Shown here: positions 7,770 to 17,784 of the stretch, one piece after another | Numbering within the stretch: position 1 is the stretch's first letter | How the letters are laid out: every line of letters begins with the position of its first letter | DNA from: Elusimicrobiota bacterium | GTDB lineage: Bacteria; Elusimicrobiota; UBA8919 | DNA length: 25,387 nucleotides | Direction of reading: 5' to 3' | Assembly: GCA_043816185.1 (NCBI GenBank) | Contig: JBDRIG010000082.1 | Coordinates: 1-25,387 of the forward strand | The notes under the pieces: generated by a model | Database searches by the model: none | The model's input: the letters and a program-made list of their open reading frames with translations, nothing else | Told to the model about the DNA's origin: nothing | Position numbers and translations under genes: made by a program

Positions 7770-8621
7770 TCAGTTTTCTAACTCGTATAAAATGTTTGAT
7801 ATCACAACAATTGGAGCGGTTTCACTACGAAAGATTCTTTTTCCAAGTGTTGTGGAAATTATACCACATTTTTTAGCAAGTTCAATCTCTGAGTTTGAAA
7901 AACCACCTTCGGGGCCGATGAATAAATTGATAGCGACAATTGGTGAGTGATAAGTAGTAAGCAAATTTTTTAATGTGATTTTTTGTTCGCATTCCCAGGG
8001 AATTATTGAAATCACTTCACAGGATGAAAATTGAGATTGCTTCGAAACTTCGCTCGCTAAAACTTCGCCCGTTGAAACTTCGCCAATTGAAACCTCGTCC
8101 ATCGCAGTAATAGACGGTGGAATTCGTAATGACATAACTGAATCTTGAAAAGTTTGAATCGGCGAAATTTCTGGGATAACCGTTCTTCCACATTGCTTCG
8201 CCGCAGAAAGTGCAATTTTTTGCCAGCGAGCATGCTTGGAATTACCACGAGTCGATAAAATCGGTTCTTGCAATGACATCTGAAAAATAGTTCTCTCAGA
8301 AACTACAGGAATTATTTTTGAAACGCCAAGTTCTGTTGTTTTTTCAACGATGAAATCAAATTTTCTACCCTTCGGCAATGATTGATAAAGATTGATTTTT
8401 ATTTTCGATTCTATGTCTCTTTGTATTTTTGAAATAATTTTTAATCTAATTTCTAATTCTCTAATCTTCTCTATTTCCGCCTCATATTCAACGCCTTTAC
8501 CATCAAATAAAAAAAGCACATCACCTATTTTTTTTCTTAAAACATTTTTTATATGATGTGCTTCGTCGCCGAAAATTTCTACTGTATCATTATTTATATT
8601 TTCAACAAAAAATCTTTGCAT
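7770..8621 (-). CDS. rsmE: 16S rRNA m3U1498 methyltransferase RsmE, with repeat-derived in-frame insertions
   Basis: HHIKNVLR, KTTELGV, AAKQCGR, FIGPEGGFS and LGKRIFRSETA motifs; follows dnaJ. Confidence 0.96.
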   Translation of the reverse strand: MQRFFVENINNDTVEIFGDEAHHIKNVLRKKIGDVLFLFDGKGVEYEAEIEKIRELEIRLKIISKIQRDIESKIKINLYQSLPKGRKFDFIVEKTTELGVSKIIPVVSERTIFQMSLQEPILSTRGNSKHARWQKIALSAAKQCGRTVIPEISPIQTFQDSVMSLRIPPSITAMDEVSIGEVSTGEVLASEVSKQSQFSSCEVISIIPWECEQKITLKNLLTTYHSPIVAINLFIGPEGGFSNSEIELAKKCGIISTTLGKRIFRSETAPIVVISNILYELEN

Positions 8622-8642
8622 CGAAATTATTTATCAAAAAAA

Positions 8643-9785
8643 TTATTTATTAAATATTTTCCTAAAAAATCCTTCGTCCACTTTTTCGCCAGATATTGCT
8701 GCAAACTCTTTCAAAAGTTCTTTTTGTCGAGTTGTAAGATTTTCTGGTGGCATAATTAAAATCTTCGCATATTCGTCACCGACATTAGATGAATTAACTG
8801 ATGGCATTCCTTTTTCTTTTAGACGAAATGTTTTATTCGATGCGGTTGATGACGGTATTTTCATTGAAACATTTCCACTAAGTGTTGGAACTGTTATTTC
8901 ACCACCGAGAGTAGCAGTTGCAATTCCAACATGCACATCAACATAAATATCATTTTTGTCTCTGTGAAAAATTTTATGATGCAGAACACAGATAACAATA
9001 TATAATTCTCCTGATGGTCCACCCTTTTCTCCAGCCTCGCCTTTTCCCTTAACCCTAATGGTATTTCCTGTATCAACACCAGCAGGAATTTTGACGGTAA
9101 TTTTTGATTGTTCTTTTACTTTTCCTCTACCAAAACACTTAGGACATGGAACGCCAACTATCTCACCACTGCCACCACATTTTGAACAAGCCTGTTGTAT
9201 AGAAAAAAATCCGCGAGCATATCTGATGGCACCAGCACCTTTACAAGTAGAACAAGTTTTCTTAGATGTTCCTGGTTTTGCACCACTTCCTTGACAAATA
9301 GAACAGGTTTGTGTGTGATAAATTTCAATTGTTTTTTCACAACCGTGAAATGCTTCATCAAGTGTAATTGTAAGACGATACTCTAAATCGGCACCGACGG
9401 TAGCACCACCACGACGACCTCTTCCACGAGATACTCCGCCACCAAAAATATCAAATATGTTTCCAAAAACATCACCGAAACCACTTTGCTGAAAAATATC
9501 CTCAAACCCTGAAAAATCTGTATTTCTGAAAATATCGTCAGAAGTATATCTATTATCAATACCAGCGTGTCCATACTGATTATAAAGATTTCTCTTTTCG
9601 GTATCAGCCAAGACTGCATATGCCTCAGAAATTTCCTTAAATTTTTCTTCGGCCTCTTTTTTTTTATCTGCCTGTACTCTGTCTGGGTGAAATTGCAAAG
9701 CAAGATTTCTGTACGCTTTTTTTATTTCATCAGCAGATGCATTTTTTGAGACATTTAAAATTTCGTAATAATCACATTTTGTCAT
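8643..9785 (-). CDS. dnaJ: Chaperone DnaJ
   Basis: DYYEILNV, HPD motif, G/F-rich region and four CxxCxGxG repeats. Start set at ATG 9785 (MTKCDYY). Confidence 0.98.
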   Translation of the reverse strand: MTKCDYYEILNVSKNASADEIKKAYRNLALQFHPDRVQADKKKEAEEKFKEISEAYAVLADTEKRNLYNQYGHAGIDNRYTSDDIFRNTDFSGFEDIFQQSGFGDVFGNIFDIFGGGVSRGRGRRGGATVGADLEYRLTITLDEAFHGCEKTIEIYHTQTCSICQGSGAKPGTSKKTCSTCKGAGAIRYARGFFSIQQACSKCGGSGEIVGVPCPKCFGRGKVKEQSKITVKIPAGVDTGNTIRVKGKGEAGEKGGPSGELYIVICVLHHKIFHRDKNDIYVDVHVGIATATLGGEITVPTLSGNVSMKIPSSTASNKTFRLKEKGMPSVNSSNVGDEYAKILIMPPENLTTRQKELLKEFAAISGEKVDEGFFRKIFNK

Positions 9786-9926
9786 AAAAACCACCAATTC
9801 GACACAAAATTTTGAAAAACTCTCGCCCAATCTGCTCGACAAATCTGATTAGATTGACGACAGCAAACGGGCACGGAATTAGCACAAAATATTCTATATC
9901 TAACACTACTTCGTTAAGTTCAGTTT

Positions 9927-10009
9927 GTCATTGCGATCGAAGCGAAGCAATCTCGCTTTTGTTTTCAACATCGAGATTGCCACGAGTCCTTCAGACTCTC
10001 GCAATGGCA
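9927..10009. repeat. Intact inverted REP doublet (REPIN-like)
   Basis: GTCATTGCGATCGAAGCGAAGCAATCTCG ... CGAGATTGCCACGAGTCCTTCAGACTCTCGCAATGGC between dnaK and dnaJ. Confidence 0.85.
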
Positions 10010-10123
10010 CCCAACCGCAACGGCACCATGCTGCCACTACTGAACATATAAAAAATTTGATTTTTCAGTGAGCACAAATTATATTTGTATCTGTTCCTCG
10101 TTTTGTTTCACGTCCATCTTGCG

Positions 10124-11992
10124 TTACTTTTCTTCTTTATAGTCTGCATCTATCACATCATCTTTTTTTTTCGGTTCTTCTTTTTTCTCTTCGGTCGCTG
10201 CTGTTTCTCCATTCCCTTCTGGTTCTTTTGATTGCTGTTTTTTCGTTGCTTCCTTATAAATTTCCTCAGCAAGTTTGTGCGAAGCGGTTAGAAGTTCCTC
10301 TTTCGCTTTTTTAATTTTTTCAAGATCGCTTGATTTCAATGCCTCTTTGGCATCGCTAATCGCTCTTTCAATTTTCAGCCGATCTTCGGCAGAAACCTTG
10401 TCGCCGTGGTCCTTTAAGGATTTTTCGGCAGAATATACAACAGCATCTGCTTCATTTTTAATCTCAATTTCCTCTTTGCGTTTTTTGTCGTCCTCGGCAA
10501 ATCTCTCCGAATCCTTTACCATTTTTTCTACTTCGTCTTTAGAAAGTTTAGTGGATGCTGTAATTTTTATCGACTGTTCTTTACTTGTTCCTAAATCTTT
10601 TGCAGAAACATGAATAATTCCATTTGCGTCAATATCAAATGTTACTTCTATTTGTGGAATCCCACGAGGTGCCGCTGGAATACCAACCAAATCAAATCTA
10701 CCTAACGAAACATTATCTGATGCCATTTGTCGTTCGCCTTGCAAAACATTTACGGTAACCGCTGGTTGATTGTCTGCTGCTGTTGAAAATATTTGCGACT
10801 TTTTCGTCGGAATTGTAGTATTTCTATCAATAAGTTTTGTTAAAACGCTGCCCAATGTTTCAATTCCTAAAGAAAGTGGAGTTACATCAAGAAGAAGAAT
10901 ATCTTTCACTTCACCAGTTAGAATCGCCGCCTGAATTGACGCTCCTATAGCAACACATTCCATCGGATCAACCCCACGCTCAATCTTTTTACCGACTAAT
11001 TCTTCTACAAATTTTTGTACCGCTGGCATCCTTGTAGGTCCTCCTACAAGTATAACGCTATCGATATCTCTGGCTGTCAGTTTTGCATCCGAAAGTGCCT
11101 GCTCGACGGAATGACGACATCTCTCAATAATCGGATTAACAATGGATTCAAGTTTGGCACGAGAAATTTTCATTACAAGATGTTTAGGACCCGATGCATC
11201 AGCGGTAATAAAGGGTAAGTTAATATCTGTTTCCAGAATATTTGAAAGTTCAATTTTTGCTTTTTCAGCCGCCTCTTTTAGACGCTGCATTACAGTTTTA
11301 TCATTTCTTATATCAATCCCCGACTCTTTTCTGAATTCGGAAGCGATAAAATCAATAAGTGAATTGTCCATATCTGTTCCGCCTAATTGTGTATCTCCAC
11401 TTGTCGATTTTACTTCAAAGACACCGCCACCAAAATCCATAATTGTGACATCGAGTGTGCCGCCACCAAAATCAAAAACAAGAATCTTTTCATCTTTGCC
11501 TTTCTTATCAATGCCGTATGCAAGACAAGCCGCCGTCGGTTCATTTACAATTCTTTCAACTTTGAGTCCTGCGATTTCTCCAGCATCTTTAGTTGCTTGT
11601 CGTTGGTTATCATTAAAATACGCAGGTACGGTGATAACCGCTCTATCAACTGTTCCGCCCAAAAAAGTTTCTGCATCTCTTTTTATTTTTTGTAAAATGA
11701 ATGATGATATTTGTTGAGGCGTGTATTCTTTGCCATAGACGCTATATTTGTAATCAGTACCCATTTTTCTTTTTGCAGCACTGATTGTGCCTTCTATATT
11801 CGCAACTGCCTGACGACGAGCTGGCTCTCCAACAATCAACTGTCCATCTTTTGTGAATGCAACATACGACGGAAACGCCTTGCCTCCAAGTGTCATTCCT
11901 TCCGCAGACGGTATAATCGTCGGTTTTCCACCTTCCATAATAGCGGCACCAGAGTTAGATGTTCCTAAATCAATCCCAATAATTTTTCCCAT
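10124..11992 (-). CDS. dnaK: Chaperone DnaK (Hsp70)
   Basis: [27 protein letters not shown] and [22 protein letters not shown] before ATG 11992. Confidence 0.99.
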   Translation of the reverse strand: MGKIIGIDLGTSNSGAAIMEGGKPTIIPSAEGMTLGGKAFPSYVAFTKDGQLIVGEPARRQAVANIEGTISAAKRKMGTDYKYSVYGKEYTPQQISSFILQKIKRDAETFLGGTVDRAVITVPAYFNDNQRQATKDAGEIAGLKVERIVNEPTAACLAYGIDKKGKDEKILVFDFGGGTLDVTIMDFGGGVFEVKSTSGDTQLGGTDMDNSLIDFIASEFRKESGIDIRNDKTVMQRLKEAAEKAKIELSNILETDINLPFITADASGPKHLVMKISRAKLESIVNPIIERCRHSVEQALSDAKLTARDIDSVILVGGPTRMPAVQKFVEELVGKKIERGVDPMECVAIGASIQAAILTGEVKDILLLDVTPLSLGIETLGSVLTKLIDRNTTIPTKKSQIFSTAADNQPAVTVNVLQGERQMASDNVSLGRFDLVGIPAAPRGIPQIEVTFDIDANGIIHVSAKDLGTSKEQSIKITASTKLSKDEVEKMVKDSERFAEDDKKRKEEIEIKNEADAVVYSAEKSLKDHGDKVSAEDRLKIERAISDAKEALKSSDLEKIKKAKEELLTASHKLAEEIYKEATKKQQSKEPEGNGETAATEEKKEEPKKKDDVIDADYKEEK

Positions 11993-12069
11993 AATTTCCT
12001 CCCCCATTTAGTATTAAGTTATAGGTCGTAAAAAAGTCGTAAAAGTTAAAAAAATTTACTATCTACCAC

Positions 12070-12690
12070 TTAATTTGCTCTATTTGTGATTTTTGCTATT
12101 TTAACCATTGCTGGCTTAAATACCTTGCCAGCCATTTCATAACCAGCTCTTAACTCCTCTAAAATCACACCCTCTTCTACATCATCTTTTTCAATCACCC
12201 CCACAACTTCATGAAAAAGCGGATTGAATTTTTCACCAACCGTTATAATAGTCGCAATATCGTGTAATTTTAATATTTCCGATAATTTATTCTCTATAAG
12301 ATGTAATCCTTCTCGGATAGATTCACCACTTGCTGATTTTTCTATCATACCTTTCGCCAATTTTACCGTTTCAAAAACATCAATCAACTCGATTATAAGA
12401 AACTTTTTTCCATCTTCAAAATGTTGTTTCTTTTCTTTTTCAGACCGCGTTCTATAATTTTCAAAATCGGCTTTCAATCGCAAAAGTTGCTCATAATAAT
12501 CTTGTGTATTTTTTTTCTGCTCTTCAATAGATTGTCTCATTATCTCCAATTCTGATTCCGAAATTAAAATTGATTTTAAAGGTTTTTCTTTCAGACCCTC
12601 CTTTTCTTTTGAATTTTCTCCCTCTTTCGGGTTCAAACAAACTTCTTCAATTTTTATATCGTTTGTCTCATTATTTTTTTCATTATCCAT
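12070..12690 (-). CDS. grpE: Nucleotide exchange factor GrpE
   Basis: LLRLKADFENYR, GEKFNPLFHE and GYEMAGKVFKPAMVKI; upstream of dnaK. Confidence 0.96.
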   Translation of the reverse strand: MDNEKNNETNDIKIEEVCLNPKEGENSKEKEGLKEKPLKSILISESELEIMRQSIEEQKKNTQDYYEQLLRLKADFENYRTRSEKEKKQHFEDGKKFLIIELIDVFETVKLAKGMIEKSASGESIREGLHLIENKLSEILKLHDIATIITVGEKFNPLFHEVVGVIEKDDVEEGVILEELRAGYEMAGKVFKPAMVKIAKITNRAN

Positions 12691-12791
12691 ATTTAATGCC
12701 TTCTTTTTTAAGCAAAATAAGCAACCTTATTGCAAAAACGAACAGCAAACAGCAGATAGAAAATTTTTTATTTTCTACCTACCATCTATCT

Positions 12792-13787
12792 CTACCCTTT
12801 TATCGTCTTGTCGTCCACTATCTTTCTTTCTTCACCTATTACTTTTATTTCCAATTCTAATTTTTTGTTAAATTTTTCTTCTACTTTTTTTTGGATTTTT
12901 TCTATAAGACTTAAAACATCTTCTGCTGTTGCTGTGCCTGTGTTATTTATAAAATTTGCGTGTATTTTTGACACAACTGCACCACCAATAGATGCACCTT
13001 TCATTCCCGCTTCATCTATAAGTCTGGCAGCGTAATCGCCTTGTGGATTTTTGAAAATACAGCCAGCGTTATAAGAGCCAACTGGTTGAGTTTCGGTGCG
13101 ATATTGCATCAGTCTATTCGAATTTTTTATTGTACTATTTTTACCGTTTTTTTTCAATAGGGCTTTCTCGGATAATAAAAATTCTGCGGAAATTATTATA
13201 CTTTTCTGTGGAATATTTGAACTTCTATAAAAAAATTTCAGCGATTTTTTTTCAATTTTTCTTATTTCACCTTTCTCATCTATAGTAGTCACGGATTTTA
13301 CCAAAGAGCCAATATTGCCTTCTTTTATACCAGCATTCATAATAAGTGCACCGCCGATGGTTCCTGGAATGCCGATAAACAACTCGGTACCACTTAAATC
13401 ATTATCTACACACTTTTTCGCAAAAAGTTGTAACGCACAACCACCACCAACAGCAATAATACAATTTCCTTTAAAATTAAAACTATAAAAATCGTCTACT
13501 AATTTAATAACTATTCCTCTTATTCCTCCGTCCTTAACAAGAATATTTGAACCGAAACCAATTATTTGGTACGGAATTTTTTCTGTAAAACAAAGTTTTA
13601 CAAGTTGTTTTAACTCGGTAATTGTTTTTACTTCAATATAAAAATCGCATGGGCCACCAATATGAAATGTGGTGTGTTTGCCCATTGGTTCATTTTGCAA
13701 AACTTTCCAACCTATTTGACGGCCCGTTTTGCAACTGGACGAGCAAGACAGATTTACAGCTTTTAAGATCTCAGAATGATTTAGCAT
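12792..13787 (-). CDS. murB: UDP-N-acetylenolpyruvoylglucosamine reductase MurB
   Basis: HTTFHIGG, GSNILVKD, GIPGTIGGALIMNAG, GCIFKNP and HANFIN. Confidence 0.97.
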   Translation of the reverse strand: MLNHSEILKAVNLSCSSSCKTGRQIGWKVLQNEPMGKHTTFHIGGPCDFYIEVKTITELKQLVKLCFTEKIPYQIIGFGSNILVKDGGIRGIVIKLVDDFYSFNFKGNCIIAVGGGCALQLFAKKCVDNDLSGTELFIGIPGTIGGALIMNAGIKEGNIGSLVKSVTTIDEKGEIRKIEKKSLKFFYRSSNIPQKSIIISAEFLLSEKALLKKNGKNSTIKNSNRLMQYRTETQPVGSYNAGCIFKNPQGDYAARLIDEAGMKGASIGGAVVSKIHANFINNTGTATAEDVLSLIEKIQKKVEEKFNKKLELEIKVIGEERKIVDDKTIKG

Positions 13788-15153
13788 TATTAAGCACCTT
13801 CAAAATTTCGTCAATCTTCTTCCATACATCGCCAGCACCAAGCGTAATGACAACATCTCCGTTTTTTATTTCTTTTGAAATAGTATCGACATCAGAGAAT
13901 TTTCCTGCATCTTTTCCATCATTTTTTTTAATCGCATCTACTATTGTTTGCGAAGAAATTCCTAAAATGGGTTTTTCGCTGGCAGCATAAATATCCAAAA
14001 CTCTTATCACATCCGCATCGTCAAATGCAGTGCCAAACTGGCCTTTAAGTGATTGCGTTCTTGTGTATCTGTGTGGTTGAAATAAAACAAATAATCTTTT
14101 TTTCGGATTAATGGAACGAATTGCTGAAAGCGTTGCCTTAATTTCCGTCGGATGATGTCCATAATCATCTATAAATACCACGTCTTTATAGCTACCTTTT
14201 TTTTCTAACCGCCTGCCAACACCGTTAAAATCAAATAGTGCCTTTGCAATTTTTGAAAATTTAATTTCTAATTCTAAACCGCACACAATACTTGCAAGTG
14301 CGTTAAGAACATTGTGTCGTCCTGGTGTTTTCAATTCTATATTTCCTAAAAATTTACTGTGGTGCGAAACGTCAAACTTACTACCCATATTTGTCGTCTC
14401 AACATTTTCTGCCTTAAAATCAGCGGAATCGTTAAAACCATATGTGTAATATTTTCTTGTTATTTGTGGAATTATACTTTTCAAATTTTCGTCATCATTA
14501 CATAAAATTGCGCAACCATAAAACGGAATTTTGTTTATGAACTGAACAAATGCATTTTTGATATTTTCGAGGATTCCATAATGGTCAAGATGGTCGTTGT
14601 CAATATTTGTTACGACTGCAAATGTAGGAGAAAGTTTTAAAAATGAACCGTCGGACTCGTCCGCTTCTGCAATGAGATATTCCCCTTTTCCAAGTTTTGC
14701 ACCTGTACCAAAATTGTTAAATTTTCCACCTATAACAACGGTTGGATCAAAACCTGTGTTTGCCAAAATCAAAGATGTCATAGAGGTTACAGTTGTTTTG
14801 CCATGACAACCAGCAATCGCAATTGAATATTTTAGCCGCATAAGTTCCGCAAGCATCTCTGCACGAGGAATAATGGGAATTTTTTGCAAATTAGCGGTGA
14901 CAACTTCCGGATTATCTTTTGTTACGGCAGTCGAAGTAACCACAACATCAATTTTAGAATCTTGTATGTTTTCCTTTTTGTGACCGATTTTTATTTTTGC
15001 ACCAAGTTTTGAAAGTCTTTTTGTTACATCGGTTTCTTTTAAGTCGGAACCACTGACATTGAAACCAAGATTTAAAAGTACCTCCGCAATTCCCGACATT
15101 CCACTTCCACCAATTCCTATAAAATGAATATTCTTAAATTTTTTTCTAAACAT
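13771..15153 (-). CDS. murC: UDP-N-acetylmuramate--L-alanine ligase MurC
   Basis: IHFIGIGGSGMSGIA, GCHGKTT, EADESDGSF, DDYGHHPTE and FQPHRYTRT. Confidence 0.98.
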   Translation of the reverse strand: MFRKKFKNIHFIGIGGSGMSGIAEVLLNLGFNVSGSDLKETDVTKRLSKLGAKIKIGHKKENIQDSKIDVVVTSTAVTKDNPEVVTANLQKIPIIPRAEMLAELMRLKYSIAIAGCHGKTTVTSMTSLILANTGFDPTVVIGGKFNNFGTGAKLGKGEYLIAEADESDGSFLKLSPTFAVVTNIDNDHLDHYGILENIKNAFVQFINKIPFYGCAILCNDDENLKSIIPQITRKYYTYGFNDSADFKAENVETTNMGSKFDVSHHSKFLGNIELKTPGRHNVLNALASIVCGLELEIKFSKIAKALFDFNGVGRRLEKKGSYKDVVFIDDYGHHPTEIKATLSAIRSINPKKRLFVLFQPHRYTRTQSLKGQFGTAFDDADVIRVLDIYAASEKPILGISSQTIVDAIKKNDGKDAGKFSDVDTISKEIKNGDVVITLGAGDVWKKIDEILKVLNNAKSF

Positions 15154-15232
15154 AATTTATTTGGCTCACCAATGATGTTTTTAGTTTGTGCTGTTTTGCG
15201 CAACGCAATATGATATGTGCATCACGCACGAC

Positions 15233-15255
15233 ACACGGTTACAAGCCGTGCCTAC
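15233..15255 (-). repeat. GTAG-type REP-like palindrome
   Basis: Minus strand GTAGG-CACGG-CTTGTAA-CCGTG between ispG and murC. Confidence 0.5.
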
Positions 15256-15259
15256 ATAA

Positions 15260-16339
15260 CTATATTTTCTTTACTTCTTTCAAAATTTCTTCAATCCATC
15301 TACTTTGTGGAATTTTTTTGATTGGCTTGCCTTTTTTAAAAAGCAAACCAAAACCCTTTCCACCAGCAATTCCAACATCGGCATCTTTTGCTTCTCCAGG
15401 ACCATTGACGATACAACCCATTATCGCAATCTTGGCAGGTTGCAAGGAAGCGGGAAATGACGAGCAAGAAGTAAACAATTTCTTTTCTAACTGATGAACG
15501 ATTTTTATCAAATCAACCTCGCATCGGCCACAGGTCGGACAGGAAATTATTTCAATACCTCGTTTTCGTAATCCCAATGTTTTTAGTATCTCCCAACCCG
15601 CTCTAATTTCTTCTTCTGGTGAAGCAGTCAACGACACACGAATTGTATCACCAATTCCTTGATTTAACAATATGCCAAATGCTGCTGTTGATTTAATGAT
15701 TCCTGAAAACTCCGTCCCAGCCTCAGTAACTCCTAAATGAATTGGATAATTTTTTTTTTGGGAAAAAAGTTGGTTTGCTAAAATTGTCGTCGGCACATCG
15801 TTCGCTTTTAATGAAACAACGATATCAAAAAAATCCATATTTTCAAAAGTTTTTATATTTTCCATCAGTTCTTTTACCATCTGATTAGCTCGTTCTTTCG
15901 AGGACATTTTCAACCAACTATCTGATTTTTTGAGAACTTTCAACGAGCCAGCATTTACACCAACTCGAATAGGAATTTTTCTCTCTTTTGCAGCAATTAT
16001 AATTTTTTCAATATTTTCTTCTGAACCGATATTTCCCGGATTTATCCTGATTTTATCAACACCCTGATTTATTGCCTCAACTGCAATTTGCCAATTGAAA
16101 TGAACATCTGCAACAAGTGGAATTTTTATACTTTTTTTGATTTTCGAAAGAACCTTTGCCGACGGTATATCTGGCACAGCAACACGGACAATTTCACAGC
16201 CAGCATTTTCAAGTTTTTTTATTTGCTTAACGGTGCTTCGCCAGTCAATTGTTTTTGTTTTCGCCATTGATTGAACACGAACTGGCTCACCACCACCTAT
16301 ATAGATATTTCCAATTTTTATTTTTTTTGTTTTATTCAT
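15260..16339 (-). CDS. ispG: (E)-4-hydroxy-3-methylbut-2-enyl-diphosphate synthase IspG
   Basis: VRVQSM, RINPGNIG, HLGVTEAG, GIGDTIRVSLT, SCPTCGR and MGCIVNGPGE. Confidence 0.98.
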   Translation of the reverse strand: MNKTKKIKIGNIYIGGGEPVRVQSMAKTKTIDWRSTVKQIKKLENAGCEIVRVAVPDIPSAKVLSKIKKSIKIPLVADVHFNWQIAVEAINQGVDKIRINPGNIGSEENIEKIIIAAKERKIPIRVGVNAGSLKVLKKSDSWLKMSSKERANQMVKELMENIKTFENMDFFDIVVSLKANDVPTTILANQLFSQKKNYPIHLGVTEAGTEFSGIIKSTAAFGILLNQGIGDTIRVSLTASPEEEIRAGWEILKTLGLRKRGIEIISCPTCGRCEVDLIKIVHQLEKKLFTSCSSFPASLQPAKIAIMGCIVNGPGEAKDADVGIAGGKGFGLLFKKGKPIKKIPQSRWIEEILKEVKKI

Positions 16340-16378
16340 AACAGTATGGGTGTCCGCTTAAATTATTATCGGACACAT

Positions 16379-16440
16379 GTCATTGCAAGGGCTGAACCCC
16401 GATTAAATGGGACAAGTTTTATCTGGATGAAGCAATCCCG
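16379..16440 (+). repeat. Expanded GTCATTGC-type REP copy at the distal island border
   Basis: GTCATTGCAAGG...GAAGCAATCCC; preceded by a GTGTCCG...CGGACAC hairpin. Confidence 0.65.
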
Positions 16441-16507
16441 TTTTTAACGATGAGATACTACAAACAGAACGCTCTTATGTGTTGACTAACGATACATTGT
16501 ATAATAA

Positions 16508-17530
16508 TTATTTTTTATTTTTACTAACCATCTTAATTGCTTTATTCGCAAAAGTTTCAAAATCCTTATCTGCTTTGCTTGGTTCTTTCAAACTGTTTTT
16601 ATAACAAATATAATATTCTTTTTCTGCCAATTCTTTTGCCAATTCGTGTGATATTTTTCCGGCATCTTTCAAAATATTCTTTCTGTTAATTTGTAAAAAT
16701 TCATCAAGTCTTTCTATCCAATCTGCCATATACATCGGTATTCTCTGCATTGCTTGTCCTTCGGCAAATACAAGATATTGTTCAACGAGGTTATTTAAAA
16801 CGAGAAGTTCTTGCTCATTTAAATAATTTTTGGCGATTGCAACTTCTTCTTTGGTTGGCTTGCTACCCCTAAAACTTGTCATACCTACATTTGGTTTTTT
16901 ACTATCTACTCTATTTGCAATTATTTCCGCAGCAGTATTTCCCGTAATTGCATAATGAACTTTGTTCTGCACTGTCTTAAAAAATAAAATGCTTTGCTCA
17001 CTCGTCGGGTCATAATCAACGCTGGTGGCATAAATATCGGTTATTTTTTTGTAAAATCGTTTTTCGGAGGTGCGAATGTCAGCGATCCGTCGTGTCAAAT
17101 TCTCAAAATAATCAAACGGCAAATCAGGATTTTTCAGCCGTTCATCGTCCAGCACAAAACCTTTGACAATATATTCTCGCAAATGTGCTGTCGCCCACTG
17201 GCGAAAAGCGGTAGCAATAGAACTTTTGACACGATAACCAACAGAAATAATTAAATCCAAATTATAGTATTCAATATCTCTGGAAACCTCGCGAATACCT
17301 TCTTTTTGAACTGTTAAGAATTTCTTAACAGTTGTTTCTTGCTTTAATTCTCCCTCTTCAAAAATGTTTTTCACATGCATACTAATATTATTTTTTGTAG
17401 TTTGGAACAGCTCCGCTAAAGCATTTTGCGAAAGCCAAACGGTCTCATTTTCAAATCGAACTTCTATTTTCGTTTGTCCATTCTCGGCTTTATAAATAAT
17501 GATTTGCGATTTTTGGTTATCTTTTTTCAT
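16508..17530 (-). CDS. RhuM-family protein (copy 1)
   Basis: [53 protein letters not shown] and VQNKVHYA. Confidence 0.93.
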   Translation of the reverse strand: MKKDNQKSQIIIYKAENGQTKIEVRFENETVWLSQNALAELFQTTKNNISMHVKNIFEEGELKQETTVKKFLTVQKEGIREVSRDIEYYNLDLIISVGYRVKSSIATAFRQWATAHLREYIVKGFVLDDERLKNPDLPFDYFENLTRRIADIRTSEKRFYKKITDIYATSVDYDPTSEQSILFFKTVQNKVHYAITGNTAAEIIANRVDSKKPNVGMTSFRGSKPTKEEVAIAKNYLNEQELLVLNNLVEQYLVFAEGQAMQRIPMYMADWIERLDEFLQINRKNILKDAGKISHELAKELAEKEYYICYKNSLKEPSKADKDFETFANKAIKMVSKNKK

Positions 17531-17576
17531 AAAATTTTAGTTACTTCATATAAACATTAACGGAAACATAGCATAT

Positions 17577-17765
17577 TCAGGAACGGTTTCCCACCAGCCA
17601 CACATCTTGCTCGGCCATATCCTCAATAGTCGGTTTGTAATTGGTGTCTTTCGCGAGAATATCTTTTATTGCTTTGGCAATGTCATGCTCGCCATTATAA
17701 GACGCGAGAGATTTTTGCTCTCGGTCTAAATTTTCAAGATAAGTTTTAATTTCGTTATGAAGTAT
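17577..17765 (-). pseudogene. Gene fragment (ATA in place of a start codon; LHNEIKTYLENLDREQKSLASYNGEHDIAKAIKDILAKD...)
   Basis: Protein-like open frame of ~62 codons directly behind the nuclease gene, lacking ATG. Parent family not established. Confidence 0.5.
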
Positions 17766-17784
17766 ATTTTACGCCTTTAATACA

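Noticed and set aside
9812..10051. 79-aa ORF (CHCDRSEAIS...RLPR)
   Set aside because: It is the translation of the REP doublet, antisense to the operon.
10275..11968. Long ORFs antisense to dnaK, and other shadow ORFs
   Set aside because: Typical antisense shadows of conserved genes.
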